From: an uncultured Bacilli bacterium | Lineage (GTDB): Bacteria; Bacillota_I; Bacilli_A; RF39; UBA660 | Assembly: GCA_944363715.1 (NCBI GenBank) | Contig: CALVUX010000002.1 | Location: 22,157-86,156 of the forward strand | Length of the DNA: 64,000 nt | Direction: 5' to 3' | Part shown: positions 8,307 to 17,914 of the stretch, in pieces | Layout: each line of letters begins with the position of its first letter | How positions within the stretch are numbered: position 1 is the first letter of the stretch | Notes under the pieces: model-generated | Told to the model about the DNA's origin: nothing | Seen by the model: only the letters and a program-made list of their open reading frames with translations | The model's database searches: none | Position numbers and translations under genes: made by a program

Positions 8307-10736
8307 TTACTTATTAAGAATAGCATCAATAGGTTTAATCTTAGTAATTTTACTTAAAGATATAATGGTAATAATTATAGATATGATAATAGTATAGATA
8401 AACATTAGAATTGGTACTAATGGATGAGTAACTATACCATTAAAGATAAAGCCTCTATTACCAAAGATAGAATTATTTAAGATACCGATAATAATGAACC
8501 AAAGAATAATAGAAACTATATAAGAGATAATACCTACAGTTAAACTCTCATATAAGAATATTCTAATAATATCACCTTTATTAGTACCTAAAGCTCTTAG
8601 TATACCTATTTGTTTTTTAGAGTAATTTATAGATACATAGATAAAGTTAGAGAATAGTAATATTGTAAAGAGAATAAATACTAAAGTAACGATATTTATA
8701 TATTTATTTAGAAAACTGTAGATATAAGCAAGTGAATTTATATCATTGGAGTAGGGCATAGTTATAAATAAAGTTTCTCCTCTTGCCTCTTCTTCGTAAC
8801 TAGGATATTTTCTAAATGTCTTTAAAAGAGATGCTTCATTATCATCATATACTCTAAAAGAGATTAATTCTTTATGAACTGCTTCACTTTTTAGTTCTTC
8901 TAAATAATCTTTACTAATATAATTATCTGTTAGACTAACACCTACAATTTTTAAATCTTTATAATAATTTTTTCCATTATAACTAGTCTCAAAAGGAACA
9001 GTTAAATTATTAGTAGTAATATAATTAGTTATAAACGTACTTAAAAGTTCATTATATTCACCACTATTATTTGCTAAATAAATATCTAACTCTTCTTTAA
9101 AACCATCAACATATTCTTGTAAATAGTTAAGAGAGACTATTACTTCATCACTATTTAAATTGGTAACTTGCGTTATAACATCTCCATTATTGTTATATAC
9201 TTTAATACCACTTATTCCTCCATCTTTTAAAACTTTATCTTCATTTATAATAGCATGGTTTAAAATCGCTTCATCAGTAGTATTAAACTTTAAATCTAAG
9301 TTTTTACCATAAATAGTATAAGCTTTATTAACATAATAATTAGCATAGTCCTGTTGGATTGTTTCATTACTTAAATCTTTATAACGACTGTTATCATCAT
9401 CAACTATACCTACAATAATAACATTATTTAATCCTAAAAGAAGTTCTCTTCTACTATTAACTAAATTATCATAAGAAGTAGGCTTAAAAAGATCACCATT
9501 TATATCTTTAATACCTTTTTCCATAATATTATTGGCAAGATATTTATGAATTACTATTTCATTATTGGCTTTTGGAATAGTACCTATAATATTAGATAGT
9601 AGTCTGTCATCTTTAACTTCTATATAGTTAACAATTGGATTAATAGTATCTTTGGCATCATCACTAACTTCTTCAAAACTTAAGACACTATTATTATCAA
9701 ATATCGAATATATAGGGTTAGCGATTACATTATTTTCTTTTTCATAATCACTAATTATTTCATCAGTCATAGGAAGTTCTTCAATATCATTTAATCTTGG
9801 ATTAATAATATTGACATAACTAATATCATAATAAGTTTCGTTGTTTTCTATTAAGGTATCAGTTGCAAGTATATTTTTATCAAACATACTTGTATTAACT
9901 GATATTCCCATAAATACTAAAGAAATCATTGTTAATATTACTGTAAAGAATAGTTTAACTTTATTACTCTTTAAGGAAGTTAAAGCAAAGTGTAAACACT
10001 CTTTAAAAGGGAGTCTTGATTTAGTTAAAGAGAAAGTATTATCATCTTTTGCTTCAACAGTTAAATCGTTTCTAATAGCATTACCATCTTGTAGTTCTAA
10101 TATTTTATCAGCATAAGTATTAGCATTTTCTAAATCATGAGATACAACAACTACTAATTTTTCTTTACTAATTTCTTTTAATAACTTAAAAGTTTCTAAA
10201 CTAGAATGACTATCTAAATTACCAGTAGGTTCATCTGCAAGTATTACTTTAGGATTTTTTATTAGGGCTCTTGCAATACCAACTCTTTGTTTTTGACCTC
10301 CAGATAACTCATTAATATTTCTATATTCTAATCCCTTAAGGCCAAGACGTTCTAAAAGATTAAGTATTTCTTCTTTATCTACTTTCTTTCTTAATAATTT
10401 TGCAGATAACATAACATTATCAAAGACATTATATTCTTCTAACAAATTAAAATCCTGAAAGATAAAACCAATATAAGTATTTCTATAACTATCATAATCT
10501 TTTTCTCTAAAACTATCTATATCTTTATTATCAATGTAGATCTTGCCACTTGTTTTACTATCAAGTCCTCCTAAAATATTTAAAAGAGTACTCTTACCAC
10601 TACCACTTTTACCAATAATAAATACTAAGCCCTTATTACCTAAATTAATATTAATATCATTTAAGGCTTTGGTAACTTGTCCTTTCTTACTCCGATATTC
10701 CTTACTAACATTATTAAAATTTATCATAATCTTCAC
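8307..10736 (-). CDS. Fused ABC ATPase / FtsX-type permease (MacB-like)
   Basis: N-terminal Walker A GKSGSGKST, LSGGQKQR, Walker B ILADEPTGNLD. Then a TM, a large extracytoplasmic domain and a C-terminal FtsX-like TM bundle. Confidence 0.85.
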   Translation of the reverse strand: MKIMINFNNVSKEYRSKKGQVTKALNDININLGNKGLVFIIGKSGSGKSTLLNILGGLDSKTSGKIYIDNKDIDSFREKDYDSYRNTYIGFIFQDFNLLEEYNVFDNVMLSAKLLRKKVDKEEILNLLERLGLKGLEYRNINELSGGQKQRVGIARALIKNPKVILADEPTGNLDSHSSLETFKLLKEISKEKLVVVVSHDLENANTYADKILELQDGNAIRNDLTVEAKDDNTFSLTKSRLPFKECLHFALTSLKSNKVKLFFTVILTMISLVFMGISVNTSMFDKNILATDTLIENNETYYDISYVNIINPRLNDIEELPMTDEIISDYEKENNVIANPIYSIFDNNSVLSFEEVSDDAKDTINPIVNYIEVKDDRLLSNIIGTIPKANNEIVIHKYLANNIMEKGIKDINGDLFKPTSYDNLVNSRRELLLGLNNVIIVGIVDDDNSRYKDLSNETIQQDYANYYVNKAYTIYGKNLDLKFNTTDEAILNHAIINEDKVLKDGGISGIKVYNNNGDVITQVTNLNSDEVIVSLNYLQEYVDGFKEELDIYLANNSGEYNELLSTFITNYITTNNLTVPFETSYNGKNYYKDLKIVGVSLTDNYISKDYLEELKSEAVHKELISFRVYDDNEASLLKTFRKYPSYEEEARGETLFITMPYSNDINSLAYIYSFLNKYINIVTLVFILFTILLFSNFIYVSINYSKKQIGILRALGTNKGDIIRIFLYESLTVGIISYIVSIILWFIIIGILNNSIFGNRGFIFNGIVTHPLVPILMFIYTIIISIIITIISLSKITKIKPIDAILNK

Positions 10737-10788
10737 CTAGTATAATCATAGCATAGTTTTAGATAAATTACTTTATATAATTTAATTT

Positions 10789-10946
10789 TAGATGTATTAT
10801 ATATAAATAAATGTAAAGGAGGTTAAAATGCCTAAAGTAAGTATAATAGTTCCTGTTTATAATGAAGAAGAATATGTTTCTACTTGTCTTGATAGTCTTA
10901 TTAATCAAACTCTTGATGATATAGAAATAATTTTAATAGATGATAA
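10789..10946 (+). repeat. Copy A of a ~157-nt duplicated promoter/RBS/5'-CDS module (partner 21982-22137)
   Basis: About 97% identity over the first 119 coding nt (4 mismatches) plus the RBS region AATGTAAAGGAGGT. Similarity ends abruptly after GATGATAA. Confidence 0.9.
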
Positions 10947-11820
10947 TTCTACTGATAATAGTTTAAATATTTTGTTAGATTATGCTAAGAAGTATCCTAA
11001 TATAAAAGTTTATCATAATGAAAAGAATATAGGACAAGGTGCATCTAGAAATAGATGATTAAGTCTTGCAACTGGAGAATATATAGGTTTTGTAGATAGT
11101 GATGATTATATTAGAAATACAATGTATGAAGATATGTATAAGTCTGTACTTAACAATAACTATCCAGAACTTGTTACTACTGATATATTATTTGTAAAAG
11201 TTGATGGTTATGCAAATAGAGATTTGGAGTTTCTATCAATAGGAAAAGAAAAGATAATTAATCCTATTCAAGATAGATCTGCTGTTATTTTTGAAAGTCC
11301 CGCTGTTTGTAATAAGATTTTTAGAAGAGATACTTTAAAAGACTTTTATTTTGTAGAAGATTCTTTATTTGAAGATATTCCTTTTAGTTATACTAAATAT
11401 ATGGAAGCATCTAAAGTTGTAACTGTTTCAAGTATTAATTATTTCTATAGAAGAGATATAAATAGAGGAGTATCATCTACAAATTATAGAGAAAATAGTC
11501 ATATAACTGATATATTTAAAGTATTAGATAAACTAGAATCTGATATGAGAAATAGTTCTAGATATGATATGTTTAAAAATGAGATAAAACTTATACAACT
11601 AGCTTATTCTCTTATTAGAGTAGAGGAAGTAAATAATTGGCAAGTAGATATAGATAGGAAGAACTTAGTTAAAGATGAAATGTTTTCTATGATAGAAGAG
11701 GAATATGGTAATTTAGATGATGTTGATATAGCATTATTAGAATCAAAATGCGAAATAAATATAGTAGATGAATATACTAATTATTTGGATAAAGAAAAAG
11801 AAAGGCCAAAGTCTTTATAA
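10828..11820 (+). pseudogene. Family 2 glycosyltransferase interrupted by one in-frame TGA (11056-11058)
   Basis: ORFs 10828-11058 and 11122-11820 share a frame. Reading through gives PKVSIIVPVYNEE...GQGASRNR[TGA]LSLATGEYIGFVDSDDYI, the canonical GT2 motif in which the stop occupies the usual Gly. Confidence 0.8.
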
Positions 11821-12395
11821 TGATTTTGGTCTTTTTATATTAAAATATTTTCTTTTTTCTAGTATTCCTTGGTCTTTTTCCCAGTTAGTTTCTCCAATTA
11901 CAATATCTAAAGAATCATCTTTTAATCCTAAGTCAAAATACGTTTTAATGTCATCTTTTAAGTTTTTTGGATTATCTTTAGCTTTTAAAACAAAATGTTC
12001 TTTTTTCTCTTTAGATGTAACAAGATTACAAATATCTTTTTTAGTACCTATTGCATCAATAGTAATAACTTTATCTTTTATATCTATTAGTTTTATAAGT
12101 TCTGGTATTGTTGCTATTTCATTTGATTTATCATCCACTTTTAATTGGCCTATAGATAGATCAATATCACTTAAAAATGCAGAAACAATATATGGAGTAT
12201 TACCACCGTTAACTTTATCTCTTGTACTTTTAATCATTTTATCATCAATACTTAAATGCATGCCTTTATCTTTAACAATATCCTAGATTAGTAAAATTAG
12301 TATAGTTATTATTATAATATTAACTAATACATGTTTTTTACCTCTAATATCTCTGGGTCTTCTAAAACTTCAAAATTATTAAATAAGCTTTTCAA
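11815..12395 (-). mobile_element. Decayed ISAs1-family (DDE_Tnp_1) transposase remnant
   Basis: N-terminal FEVLEDP/RDIRGKKHVLVNIIIITIL (1-nt deletion frameshift), an in-frame TAG (12283-12285), loss of the central region, then IDDK...GGNTPYIVSAF...KSNEIATIPELIKLIDIKDKVITIDAIGT, typical of ISAs1 transposases. Confidence 0.65.
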
Positions 12396-12561
12396 ATCTC
12401 ACATATCATTATATTATAAGAATACATGATTTTATTTACTTAAAAAATATATTGTACCAATTTTTATATATTATTTTTTAAGCGATTGCCATAACTAAAA
12501 TCAAGTATATTTGAAAATCCATATAACATAAGGTATAATGATTAAAGAAAGAAGGAGTCTT

Positions 12562-13872
12562 ATGAAATATTATTGTATAGGAATAAAAGGAAGCGGAATG
12601 AGTACCCTTGCTCAGATGTTATATGATATGGGCAATGAGGTAACTGGTTATGATGATGCGAAAGATTATAAGTTTACTCAAAAAGGATTAGAAGAACGTG
12701 GTATAAAAATCTTTTATGATAGTAATCATTCTATAGATAAAGATACTGTTGTAACAGCATCTCGTGCTTTTAGTGATGAACATCCTGAAATTAAAAGGAT
12801 TAAGGAGTTAGGCCTTACTTTTAAACCATATAATGAAGTAGTAGGTGAAATAACTAAAGAATTTAACACTATTTCAATTAGTGGTACCCATGGTAAAACA
12901 ACAACTACATCTTTATTAAAGCACTTATTTGAAAATACTACCTGCTGTAATTACTTTATAGGTGATGGCAATGGTCATATTGATATGAAAAACAAATTAT
13001 TAGTAATAGAATCAGATGAATTTAATCGCCACTTTCTTGCTTACCACCCAACAACTGTTATTATTACTTGTATTGAACTTGAGCATACAGAAATCTATAA
13101 AGATTTAGAAGATACTATAAAAACATTTGAAAAGTTTGCCAATAAAGCTAGAAGGGTTATTGCAAATGGTGATGATGAAAATATCAGAAAGATTAACTTT
13201 AATAATGAAGTAATCTTTTATGGTGAAGATAAATCTAATGATTATATTATCAAAAACATAAAATTAGAGACTACTGGTTCAAGTTTTGATTTATATAAAA
13301 AGAATGAGTTCATAGATACCTTTAGCGTTCCTTTATATGGACATCATATGGTTATGAATACAGTAAGTGCGATAATTTGTGCTTTAAATGAAGGTGTTAG
13401 TAAAGATAAAATTAAAGAGTTATTACCAAGTTTTAAAAATGCTAATAGACGTTTTGAAGAAACTATAGTAGGTAATACAATCATAGTAGATGACTATGCT
13501 CATCATCCAACAGAAGTTAAAGTAACTCTTGAAGCGATTAGACAAAAGTATCCTGATAAAAAATTAACAGTAGTATTTCGTCCTAATACTTATTCAAGGA
13601 CATCACGTTTCAAAAATGAATTCGCTGATGCTCTAAAAGTCGCTGACAAAGTATACTTAACCCCAATTAAATGTGATAGAGAAAATCCAAAAGACTATCC
13701 ACCAATTAAATCAGAAGATATAATAGAACTAATACCAGGTAGCGAGTTAGTAGATGATGATACTGTTAATAAAGTAGTAAAAGATAAAGATGGAGTAGTT
13801 GCTTTCATGGGATGTGCTACTGTATCTCATTTGATTGAAAATTTCACAAAAGCATTAGAAAATATTGAATAA
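12562..13872 (+). CDS. murC: UDP-N-acetylmuramate--L-alanine ligase
   Basis: YYCIGIKGSGMS, ISGTHGKTTTTS, DDYAHHPTE motifs. ATG 12562 follows GAAGGAG. Confidence 0.9.
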   Translation: MKYYCIGIKGSGMSTLAQMLYDMGNEVTGYDDAKDYKFTQKGLEERGIKIFYDSNHSIDKDTVVTASRAFSDEHPEIKRIKELGLTFKPYNEVVGEITKEFNTISISGTHGKTTTTSLLKHLFENTTCCNYFIGDGNGHIDMKNKLLVIESDEFNRHFLAYHPTTVIITCIELEHTEIYKDLEDTIKTFEKFANKARRVIANGDDENIRKINFNNEVIFYGEDKSNDYIIKNIKLETTGSSFDLYKKNEFIDTFSVPLYGHHMVMNTVSAIICALNEGVSKDKIKELLPSFKNANRRFEETIVGNTIIVDDYAHHPTEVKVTLEAIRQKYPDKKLTVVFRPNTYSRTSRFKNEFADALKVADKVYLTPIKCDRENPKDYPPIKSEDIIELIPGSELVDDDTVNKVVKDKDGVVAFMGCATVSHLIENFTKALENIE

Positions 13873-13900
13873 TTTAAATTAACTGTGATATACTATAATT

Positions 13901-14091
13901 GTCTAAAGAAAATGATGCGGATGACTTAGTATAAAACCGACTAAAGAGACGATAAGGGAGTATTGATGATTGTCATGTTCGTGTTGAAGACCTTTCCATA
14001 GGTTAGGGATCCTAAGAACTGACTATGTACACCCACCTGTACATAAGTATAGGTTTTATCGTAGATCCAAAACGTTTCTTTGGACTTTTTT
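13901..14091 (+). ncRNA. ssrS: Candidate 6S RNA (SsrS-like), ~190 nt
   Basis: TATAAT at 13894-13899. The 5' GUCUAAAGAAA pairs with the 3' UUUCUUUGGAC (14075-14085), with further matched segments GGAU and AUAAAACC/GGUUUUAU. There is an internal unpaired region with a small hairpin AUGUAC-N8-GUACAU on the 3' side, then a terminal T-run. No convincing ORF. Confidence 0.5.
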
Positions 14092-14228
14092 ATTGCATTT
14101 TTTTAAGAAATAGTGTATAATATAAGAATATTTAAAGGGGGAGGCTATGAATAATAAAAGAGTTTGCAGAAATATTAAGTCAAAGTTCAATAACTAAAGA
14201 GAAAGTAGAAGCTTTAGATAAAAATATA

Positions 14229-14585
14229 ATGCTTATTGAAGATAAAACTAAAAGAAATGAAAGTTTAAGTGCCATTGATTATGTAACCACACTAGAGCTT
14301 ATAAGATATATTGCTAACTTTGGAGTTACTTATGTAGATAATAGAACTAACTTATATAAACTATATAAATTACTGTTAGAAGAAATAGAACCAGCTTTAG
14401 ATGATTTAACTTTAGATTCTCTTTTATTAGTCATTAGTCAATTTAAAACTTTAAATGAATATATAAAAGAGTATAGTAATCATTTAGCAGATGAAAGAAA
14501 AGCAAAAAAAGTTCTAAGGCCTATAAATGAAGAAATGCGAAAAAAAGATAAAACATTTAAAAAAATAATAAAAAGGGGGAATTAG
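14229..14585 (+). CDS. Hypothetical protein (frame open from 14151; possible non-ATG start after GGGGGAGG)
   Basis: ORF track entry. The frame continues upstream as IIKEFAEILSQSSITKEKVEALDKNI, directly 7 nt after a strong RBS at 14135-14144. Confidence 0.5.
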   Translation: MLIEDKTKRNESLSAIDYVTTLELIRYIANFGVTYVDNRTNLYKLYKLLLEEIEPALDDLTLDSLLLVISQFKTLNEYIKEYSNHLADERKAKKVLRPINEEMRKKDKTFKKIIKRGN

Positions 14586-14586
14586 T

Positions 14587-15015
14587 ATGGAATCAAGAGT
14601 AGTAGAACAAATAAAGAAAATAGATGACTATTATGACCATAAGGAACCAGTACCATGTATAGAAGCAGTCAAAACTGTTGAGTTAGTTTCTGATATATCA
14701 ATCGAAAATGAAAAAGCTTTTATTTCACGCATTACAAATTTAACAACTGAGGATACTACTTGTTATGAAATATTACAATTAAGCTACAGAACAATAAGAC
14801 AAGAAAAAGAGGCTCTTCTTAGAAATTTAACCGATGAGAATCTTGCTGTTTTTCTAACTCAATATAAAATAACCCATTCATATCATCAATTCTTGGATAG
14901 TATAGGTGAAGAGGCACTGGATTCTCCACTAATAAATGAAATGAATAGAAGAGTAGTCGATAGTATAGGAAAAAGTGCTAAAGTTTTTAAAAGAAGAAAT
15001 CGTTTAAGTAGGTAA
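14587..15015 (+). CDS. Hypothetical protein, possibly a distant paralog of the preceding ORF
   Basis: Good RBS (AAGGGGGA) and a 1-nt gap after the upstream stop. No recognisable domain. Confidence 0.55.
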   Translation: MESRVVEQIKKIDDYYDHKEPVPCIEAVKTVELVSDISIENEKAFISRITNLTTEDTTCYEILQLSYRTIRQEKEALLRNLTDENLAVFLTQYKITHSYHQFLDSIGEEALDSPLINEMNRRVVDSIGKSAKVFKRRNRLSR

Positions 15016-15041
15016 TTTTTACTTACTTTTTTATTTTTTTG

Positions 15042-15070
15042 TTGACATATGACAACTTGTCACATATAAT
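15042..15070 (+). promoter_or_regulatory. Consensus sigma-A promoter with an embedded TetR-type palindromic operator
   Basis: TTGACA (15042-15047), 17-nt spacer, TATAAT (15065-15070). The spacer contains the palindrome TGACAAcTTGTCA (15051-15063). Confidence 0.7.
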
Positions 15071-15098
15071 GTTATAGTGACTGTTAGGAGGGAGTATA

Positions 15099-15713
15099 AT
15101 GCCTAGTGATACATTCTTGAGATTAAATGATGAAAAGAAGAAAAAACTAATAGATGCTAGCTTTAAAGAGTTTTCTTTGTATAACTTTAATGATGTCTCT
15201 ATTAATAGAATTATTAAAGAAGCTGGTATCTCAAGAGGAAGTTTCTATATGTATTTTGTAGATAAAAAAGACTTATATTTTTATCTCTTAGAACAACATT
15301 TAGAAATACTTATTAATAATATGAAAAATGATTTAATAAAGAATAAAGGAGATCTTTTTAAAATGTTTCAAAATAACATTAAAGAAGAATTTAATTCCTT
15401 TAAAAATAATAATATTAACTTCTTAAAAAAATCTTTAGAAAATGTCACTATTATGGAAGAGTCTAAGAAAACCTTTGGTTTTCGTGATAAGAGACTACTA
15501 AGAGAACTTATTCCTAACATCAATTTAGAATTACTTAATGATAATGCTAAGAAGCATATTGAAGTAATTTTTGCCATTAATATGCACCTATTGATGGTAA
15601 CATTAATTAAGTTGTTAAAAAGTGATAGTCTTGATGAAGAGATACTTAAAGACTATTATGAACAACTAGATATTTTAAAATATGGGTGTGTTAAGAAGGA
15701 GGATTTATGTTAA
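15099..15713 (+). CDS. TetR/AcrR-family transcriptional regulator
   Basis: N-terminal HTH FKEFSLYNFNDVSINRIIKEAGISRGSFYMYF. The stop overlaps the start of the ABC gene. Confidence 0.85.
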   Translation: MPSDTFLRLNDEKKKKLIDASFKEFSLYNFNDVSINRIIKEAGISRGSFYMYFVDKKDLYFYLLEQHLEILINNMKNDLIKNKGDLFKMFQNNIKEEFNSFKNNNINFLKKSLENVTIMEESKKTFGFRDKRLLRELIPNINLELLNDNAKKHIEVIFAINMHLLMVTLIKLLKSDSLDEEILKDYYEQLDILKYGCVKKEDLC

Positions 15714-17914
15714 AAATATTTAGATATTTAAAAGATAATATTTTATCAGTTATTCTAATTATTTTACTACTAATAGTTCAAGCGAACTGTGATTTAACTA
15801 TACCTCAGTATACTTCTAATATTATTAACGTAGGAGTGCAACAAGGAGGTATAGATGAAGTAAATTCTAAAGTAATTAGACAATCTAAATTAGATGAAAT
15901 TTTACTTTTTGTAAGTGATAAAGAAAAAGAAGAGATTTTATCTAATTATGAGTTAGTTACTGAAAAAAGTGATGAACATGACTATGATATCTTAAGTGAA
16001 GAGCCAGTTTATGTCATTAAAGATGAAAGTATTTCTAATAGTGACTTAGAGAAGGCTATCCTTGTAGATTATATGTTAACTAGTAAAGAGAAGGAAGCAC
16101 TTAACATTCAAAATGAAATTAAAAAGGAAATGCCAGAGTCTATGCAAGATATGGCTATAATAGATATCATTAGAATGTTACCTAGTAATGAACTTAATGA
16201 TATGAGAAAATCTATTAATGATCAGTTTTCTGCAATGCCAGATAGCATTATAAGTCAAAGTGCTGTGGCAGCGATAAAATTAGAATATATTGAAGTAGGT
16301 CTTGATACTGATGCTATTCAAACTAATTACATTATAATTACAGGTCTTAAGATGTTAGGACTATCTCTAATAAGTGTAACTTCAACAATACTAACAGTAC
16401 TATTAGGTGCCAGAGTTGGTTCTGGTCTATCTAAACGTGTTAGAAAGAAAGAATTTAAGAAAGTCTTAAACTTTGGTACAGCAGAGTATAAAGAATTAGG
16501 TATATCATCATTAATTACTAGAAGTACTAATGATATTCAACAAGTACAAATGATGATTATTATGACGTTAAGATTATTTATATATGCTCCAATAATTGCA
16601 ATCGGTGCAGTAGGTAAAGTATTTGAAACAGCCCCATCAATGACTTATATTATTTGGTTAGGAATAGTTTGTGTATTAACATTAATATTTACTTTATTTG
16701 CCCTTACTATGCCTAAATTTAAGAGAGTACAAAAATTAATAGATAAATTAAACCAAGTAACGAGAGAAATTATTACAGGTATTCCAGTAATTAGAGCTTT
16801 CTCTAATCAAAAATATGAAGAAGAAAGATTTAGTAAAGCGAATACTAACTTAAAGAAAACAAACCTTTTTGTTAATAGAGTAATGAACTTTATGTTACCA
16901 GGTATGATGTTTATTATGAATGGTATTGTAGTTCTAATTATTTGGATAGGTGCTCATAAAATTGATGAAGGCTTATTGCAAGTTGGAGATATGTTAGCAT
17001 TTATTCAATACTCAATGCAAATAATTATGGCATTCTTAATGATATCAATGTTTTCTATTATGTTACCACGTGCTAATGTTTCTGCTAACCGTATCATGGA
17101 AGTATTAGAAACAGATGTGGAGGTTAAAGATCCTAAAAAACCTAAAACATATAGTAAGAGAATTAAAGGTTTAGTAGAGTTTAAGAATGTTAGTTTCAGA
17201 TATCCTGATAGTGATGAAGATGTTATTACTGATGTAACATTTACAGCAAAACCTGGAACAACAACAGCCTTTATTGGTTCTACTGGTAGTGGTAAAAGTA
17301 CTCTTATTAACTTAATACCAAGACTTTATGATGTTACTAAAGGAGAAATATTAGTTGATGGTATTAATGTTAAAGATGTTTTACAGAAGGATTTACATGA
17401 TAGAATAGGTTATGTTCCACAAAAAGGAATATTATTCTCAGGAACAATAGAATCTAATATTAAATATAGTGATGAAGATATGTCTGATGATAAGATGATA
17501 GAAGCAGCACGTATTGCTCAAGCAGAAGAGTTTATCCTTGCTAAAAAAGATGGATATAAGAGTCCTATTAGTCAAGGAGGTACTAATGTATCTGGAGGAC
17601 AAAAGCAAAGATTATCAATCGCTCGTGCAATCGCTAAAGATCCAGAAATTTATATATTTGATGATAGTTTTTCTGCCCTTGACTTTAAGACTGATTTTGA
17701 ACTTAGAAAAGCTTTACACGAATATGCTAAAAACTCAACTATCTTTATCGTCGCTCAACGTATTAATACTATACTAAAAGCAGATCAAATTGTTGTACTT
17801 GATGAAGGTAAAGTAGTTGGTATTGGAACTCATCACGACTTAATCAAGAACTGTTCAGTTTATCGTGAGATTGCTGAATCACAACTTTCAAAGGAGGAGT
17901 TAGAAAATGCCTAG
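15707..17914 (+). CDS. ABC exporter half-transporter (TMD-NBD), degenerate-site subunit of a heterodimer
   Basis: Walker A GSTGSGKST and VSGGQKQR. Walker B reads IYIFDDSFSALD, with Ser in place of the catalytic Glu. There is a long extracytoplasmic insertion after TM1. Confidence 0.85.
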   Translation: MLKIFRYLKDNILSVILIILLLIVQANCDLTIPQYTSNIINVGVQQGGIDEVNSKVIRQSKLDEILLFVSDKEKEEILSNYELVTEKSDEHDYDILSEEPVYVIKDESISNSDLEKAILVDYMLTSKEKEALNIQNEIKKEMPESMQDMAIIDIIRMLPSNELNDMRKSINDQFSAMPDSIISQSAVAAIKLEYIEVGLDTDAIQTNYIIITGLKMLGLSLISVTSTILTVLLGARVGSGLSKRVRKKEFKKVLNFGTAEYKELGISSLITRSTNDIQQVQMMIIMTLRLFIYAPIIAIGAVGKVFETAPSMTYIIWLGIVCVLTLIFTLFALTMPKFKRVQKLIDKLNQVTREIITGIPVIRAFSNQKYEEERFSKANTNLKKTNLFVNRVMNFMLPGMMFIMNGIVVLIIWIGAHKIDEGLLQVGDMLAFIQYSMQIIMAFLMISMFSIMLPRANVSANRIMEVLETDVEVKDPKKPKTYSKRIKGLVEFKNVSFRYPDSDEDVITDVTFTAKPGTTTAFIGSTGSGKSTLINLIPRLYDVTKGEILVDGINVKDVLQKDLHDRIGYVPQKGILFSGTIESNIKYSDEDMSDDKMIEAARIAQAEEFILAKKDGYKSPISQGGTNVSGGQKQRLSIARAIAKDPEIYIFDDSFSALDFKTDFELRKALHEYAKNSTIFIVAQRINTILKADQIVVLDEGKVVGIGTHHDLIKNCSVYREIAESQLSKEELENA

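Noticed and set aside
11056-11058. TGA in the GT2 gene read as evidence of an alternative genetic code (TGA=Gly code 25, or TGA=Trp code 4).
   Set aside because: Long conserved genes (valS, htpG, the 1601-aa adhesin, SNF2) contain no in-frame TGA and use TGG for Trp. TGA terminates at least two genes (36720-36722, 61986-61988). The standard code therefore applies, and this is a local lesion.
11801-11840. Identical C-terminal pentapeptide RPKSL* on both the GT2 gene (+) and the transposase remnant (-), suggestive of a shared domain.
   Set aside because: Both ORFs simply end inside the two arms of one imperfect hairpin (AGGCCAAAG...TTTTGGTCT). The identity is a by-product of the palindrome, which is probably a bidirectional terminator.
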